Position numbers and translations under genes: made by a program
Notes under the pieces: generated by a model
The model's database searches: none
The model's input: only the letters and a program-made list of their open reading frames with translations
Told to the model about the DNA's origin: nothing
In this document: in pieces, positions 62,013 to 64,000 of the stretch
Position numbering within the stretch: the stretch's first letter is position 1
Layout of the letters: every line of letters begins with the position of its first letter
Assembly (NCBI GenBank): GCA_951804945.1
Contig: OX638157.1
Location: 51,832,001-51,896,000 of the forward strand
Reading direction: 5' to 3'
DNA from: Podarcis cretensis
Lineage: Eukaryota
DNA length: 64,000 nt

Positions 62013-62576
62013 AAAACTAGGCCATATTAATATTGCATCACATCTCATGCTTTCTCCCTTGGCAGTTAGCTGTGGAAAAGAATAGCCTTTGAATTAAGTT
62101 GCTAAAAGAGGTTACTGCTTAATACTTTTAAAGTCTAAAATACATTTTTAATTTACTACCCTTTGAACACTAGGTGTATTTTCTTCTGTATTTATTTATT
62201 AAATTTATACCTGACCCTTCCTCCCAAAAGAGCCCAGGGCAGAATTAGTATCTATATTCTGCATTACATGCAGAGAGCATTTGTTTAAAGTTGTCTTTGT
62301 AACTCACTGTAGCTGCTTGGCAAATGTTCCTTGTGCAAAATCCCCTCCTCCCCCGGCTCCATTCATTTATCAAGTATAGATGTATGTTTTTCTCGCATAA
62401 AGGAAAGGCTATTTTATAACTATTATGCAGATGCTTTTTAAGGCTAGCCCATTAATCTTAATTTACGGATTTAAACAGCTGTTTAATTTATTTAAAAATG
62501 TTCCACTTTGGCTGCAATCCTAAATTTGCTTCTCATGAGTTAATCCCACAGAAATCAATATGAGCGCAGTCATTAT

Positions 62577-62652
62577 GGCCACAACCCAAGATGGCTAAGC
62601 CCATTGAGCACAATGGGCTTAGACATATTTATCTCTGTGTTGGATTGTGGCC
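62577..62652. repeat. Hairpin element (probable MITE relic)
   Basis: Outer stem ggccacaa / ttgtggcc; inner perfect 12-bp stem ctaagcccattg-agca-caatgggcttag (62595-62622). Confidence 0.7.
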
Positions 62653-62961
62653 TTTGCCTTTAACTACTTAATTTTAACGGTGCAAGTCTCGGGAGAGGGG
62701 GTAATGAACTCTTTTGTAGCCCCTTCTTTGCCAGAGGGAAGTATAAACACACATTCTTCACTGATTTATTTCAATACCTAAACTAGAAATAAGGAGTAAG
62801 GAGCTTTCTACTGGTTGGCCCTAGTACAGATGGAGATGTGAACGTATCAGACCTACAACTGCAGTTATTATTAGTATTGTTATGTGACAGTGACATCTGG
62901 TCCTTGGTGTGGATGTGTACAAAGGTCTAATTGTGTCCAAAATAATCGACATTAAAACTAA

Positions 62962-63258
62962 GGGCTCGTCCACATTTCCTTTTCTGCTGTGTTTCTATGC
63001 AGTTTAAAGCTCAGTGTCTGAGCGCTTCCACCCTCCTGGTACTTTCCCTGCGAAGACCTGCTCTTTAACCACTGAATTGAAGCAAACGGAAATCCCCAGA
63101 AAATCCAAATCGCTGTTTGTTCCAATTCAGAGTTAAAGAGCAGGTTTTCCTAGAGAAAGCGGCAGGGCAAAAAACCCACAACCCACTAGGACACAGAGCT
63201 TGAAAGTGCAGAGCTGTGGTTAGAAAATGCAGGGCAAAAGATAAGTGGAGGTGAGCCC
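62962..63258. mobile_element. PIF/Harbinger-type MITE
   Basis: TIR gggctcgtccac / gtggaggtgagccc, TAA TSD on both sides, internal palindrome acctgctctttaac...gttaaagagcaggt. Confidence 0.85.
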
Positions 63259-63625
63259 TAAGCTTCTGGGCAGTGGGCAAAAAGGCTGTGTGAAATAGCT
63301 ATAGATGGACACTATAAATCATCACTGTGTAGTAGAGCCAGAAGTTACAGCTATAGAGAATGAGGTTGGCAATATAACTGAGAGAGAAAAAGCTGCTCAG
63401 ACCTGCTGATACTCTTAACAGCAGCTACGTATATAGAAATCAGCAGGCTTCAGATCACACTGTGTTGCAGGGGTGAATTGAAAAGTAGACAATTTTAGCA
63501 GACGTGTGGTAACCTCTGCCCCCATTGTCTGGAATTTCTGTGAATTTCAATAGCTACTCTTTTCTATGTAATTCATCTTAACAATAATTAAAGTGGGATT
63601 GTGGTGCAATTTATTTCTGAGTTTC

Positions 63626-63628
<3 letters not shown>

Positions 63629-63668
<40 letters not shown>
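63629..63668. repeat. (AT)20 microsatellite
   Basis: Perfect dinucleotide run. Confidence 0.98.
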
Positions 63669-63673
<5 letters not shown>

Positions 63674-64000
63674 ACCAAAATTGTCCTCGGCATGCTTCTC
63701 CTTTCTCTTCTTCAGAAGCTTTTGAAGATTCAAACTTCATTCTGTATGTTAACAGTGCTCCTTCTAGTCCAAGCCTCCTTTCCAGAGACTAGGCTGCAAT
63801 CAACACACATCCAGTGTCACATTTGTGAATGTTTTATTTGCAGCTGTGTAGCTGAGCCCTAGGAAGATGAGTCCCGCTTTGCTGAACACCGCTGCTGGCT
63901 CCTATTCAGATAAAGGCATCAAAGCTTCCAAGCTTCTTCTTCTTCTTCGCCGCCTGTCTGTCTCCTACACTGCGGCGATCAGGAGTTTGCCCCCTAAATT

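Noticed and set aside
26600-64000. DCTD (dCMP deaminase), the convergent downstream neighbour of TENM3 in mammals
   Set aside because: I looked for HAELNAI, PCNEC and the C-terminal IDFDSI-type motifs on the minus strand and did not find them. The gene probably lies beyond the window; tBLASTn would settle this.

Overview
Vertebrate genomic DNA, most likely from a squamate lizard. The Sauria/Squam1 SINE and the other repeat families point to a lacertid; this is an inference. The + strand carries the last six coding exons of teneurin-3 (TENM3), 6956-22885. All splice junctions are canonical AG/GT and the phases join into one open frame: YD/Rhs-repeat shell, Rhs-core-like segment, ABD/Tox-GHH region and the TCAP-3 peptide. 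A 3' UTR follows, probably ending near 26.6 kb, with a 132-nt assembly gap. The remaining ~37 kb is intergenic with no recognisable protein-coding gene. It holds many transposon relics: a young Sauria SINE with a 13-bp TSD, hAT, Tc1/mariner-type and Harbinger-type MITEs with intact TSDs, L2 and CR1 LINE fragments, and nested or composite elements. A TENM3 intron also contains a solo LTR and a Penelope-derived palindrome. I found no support for a wholly new biological system. The best leads are a possible stand-alone Tox-GHH/TCAP-3 ORF, the exon boundary at the end of the Rhs core, a composite MITE that captured a LINE tail, nested insertions, and a motif-dense candidate enhancer lying between two direct repeats. 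Repeat family names come from recognising consensus features by eye, not from a database search.
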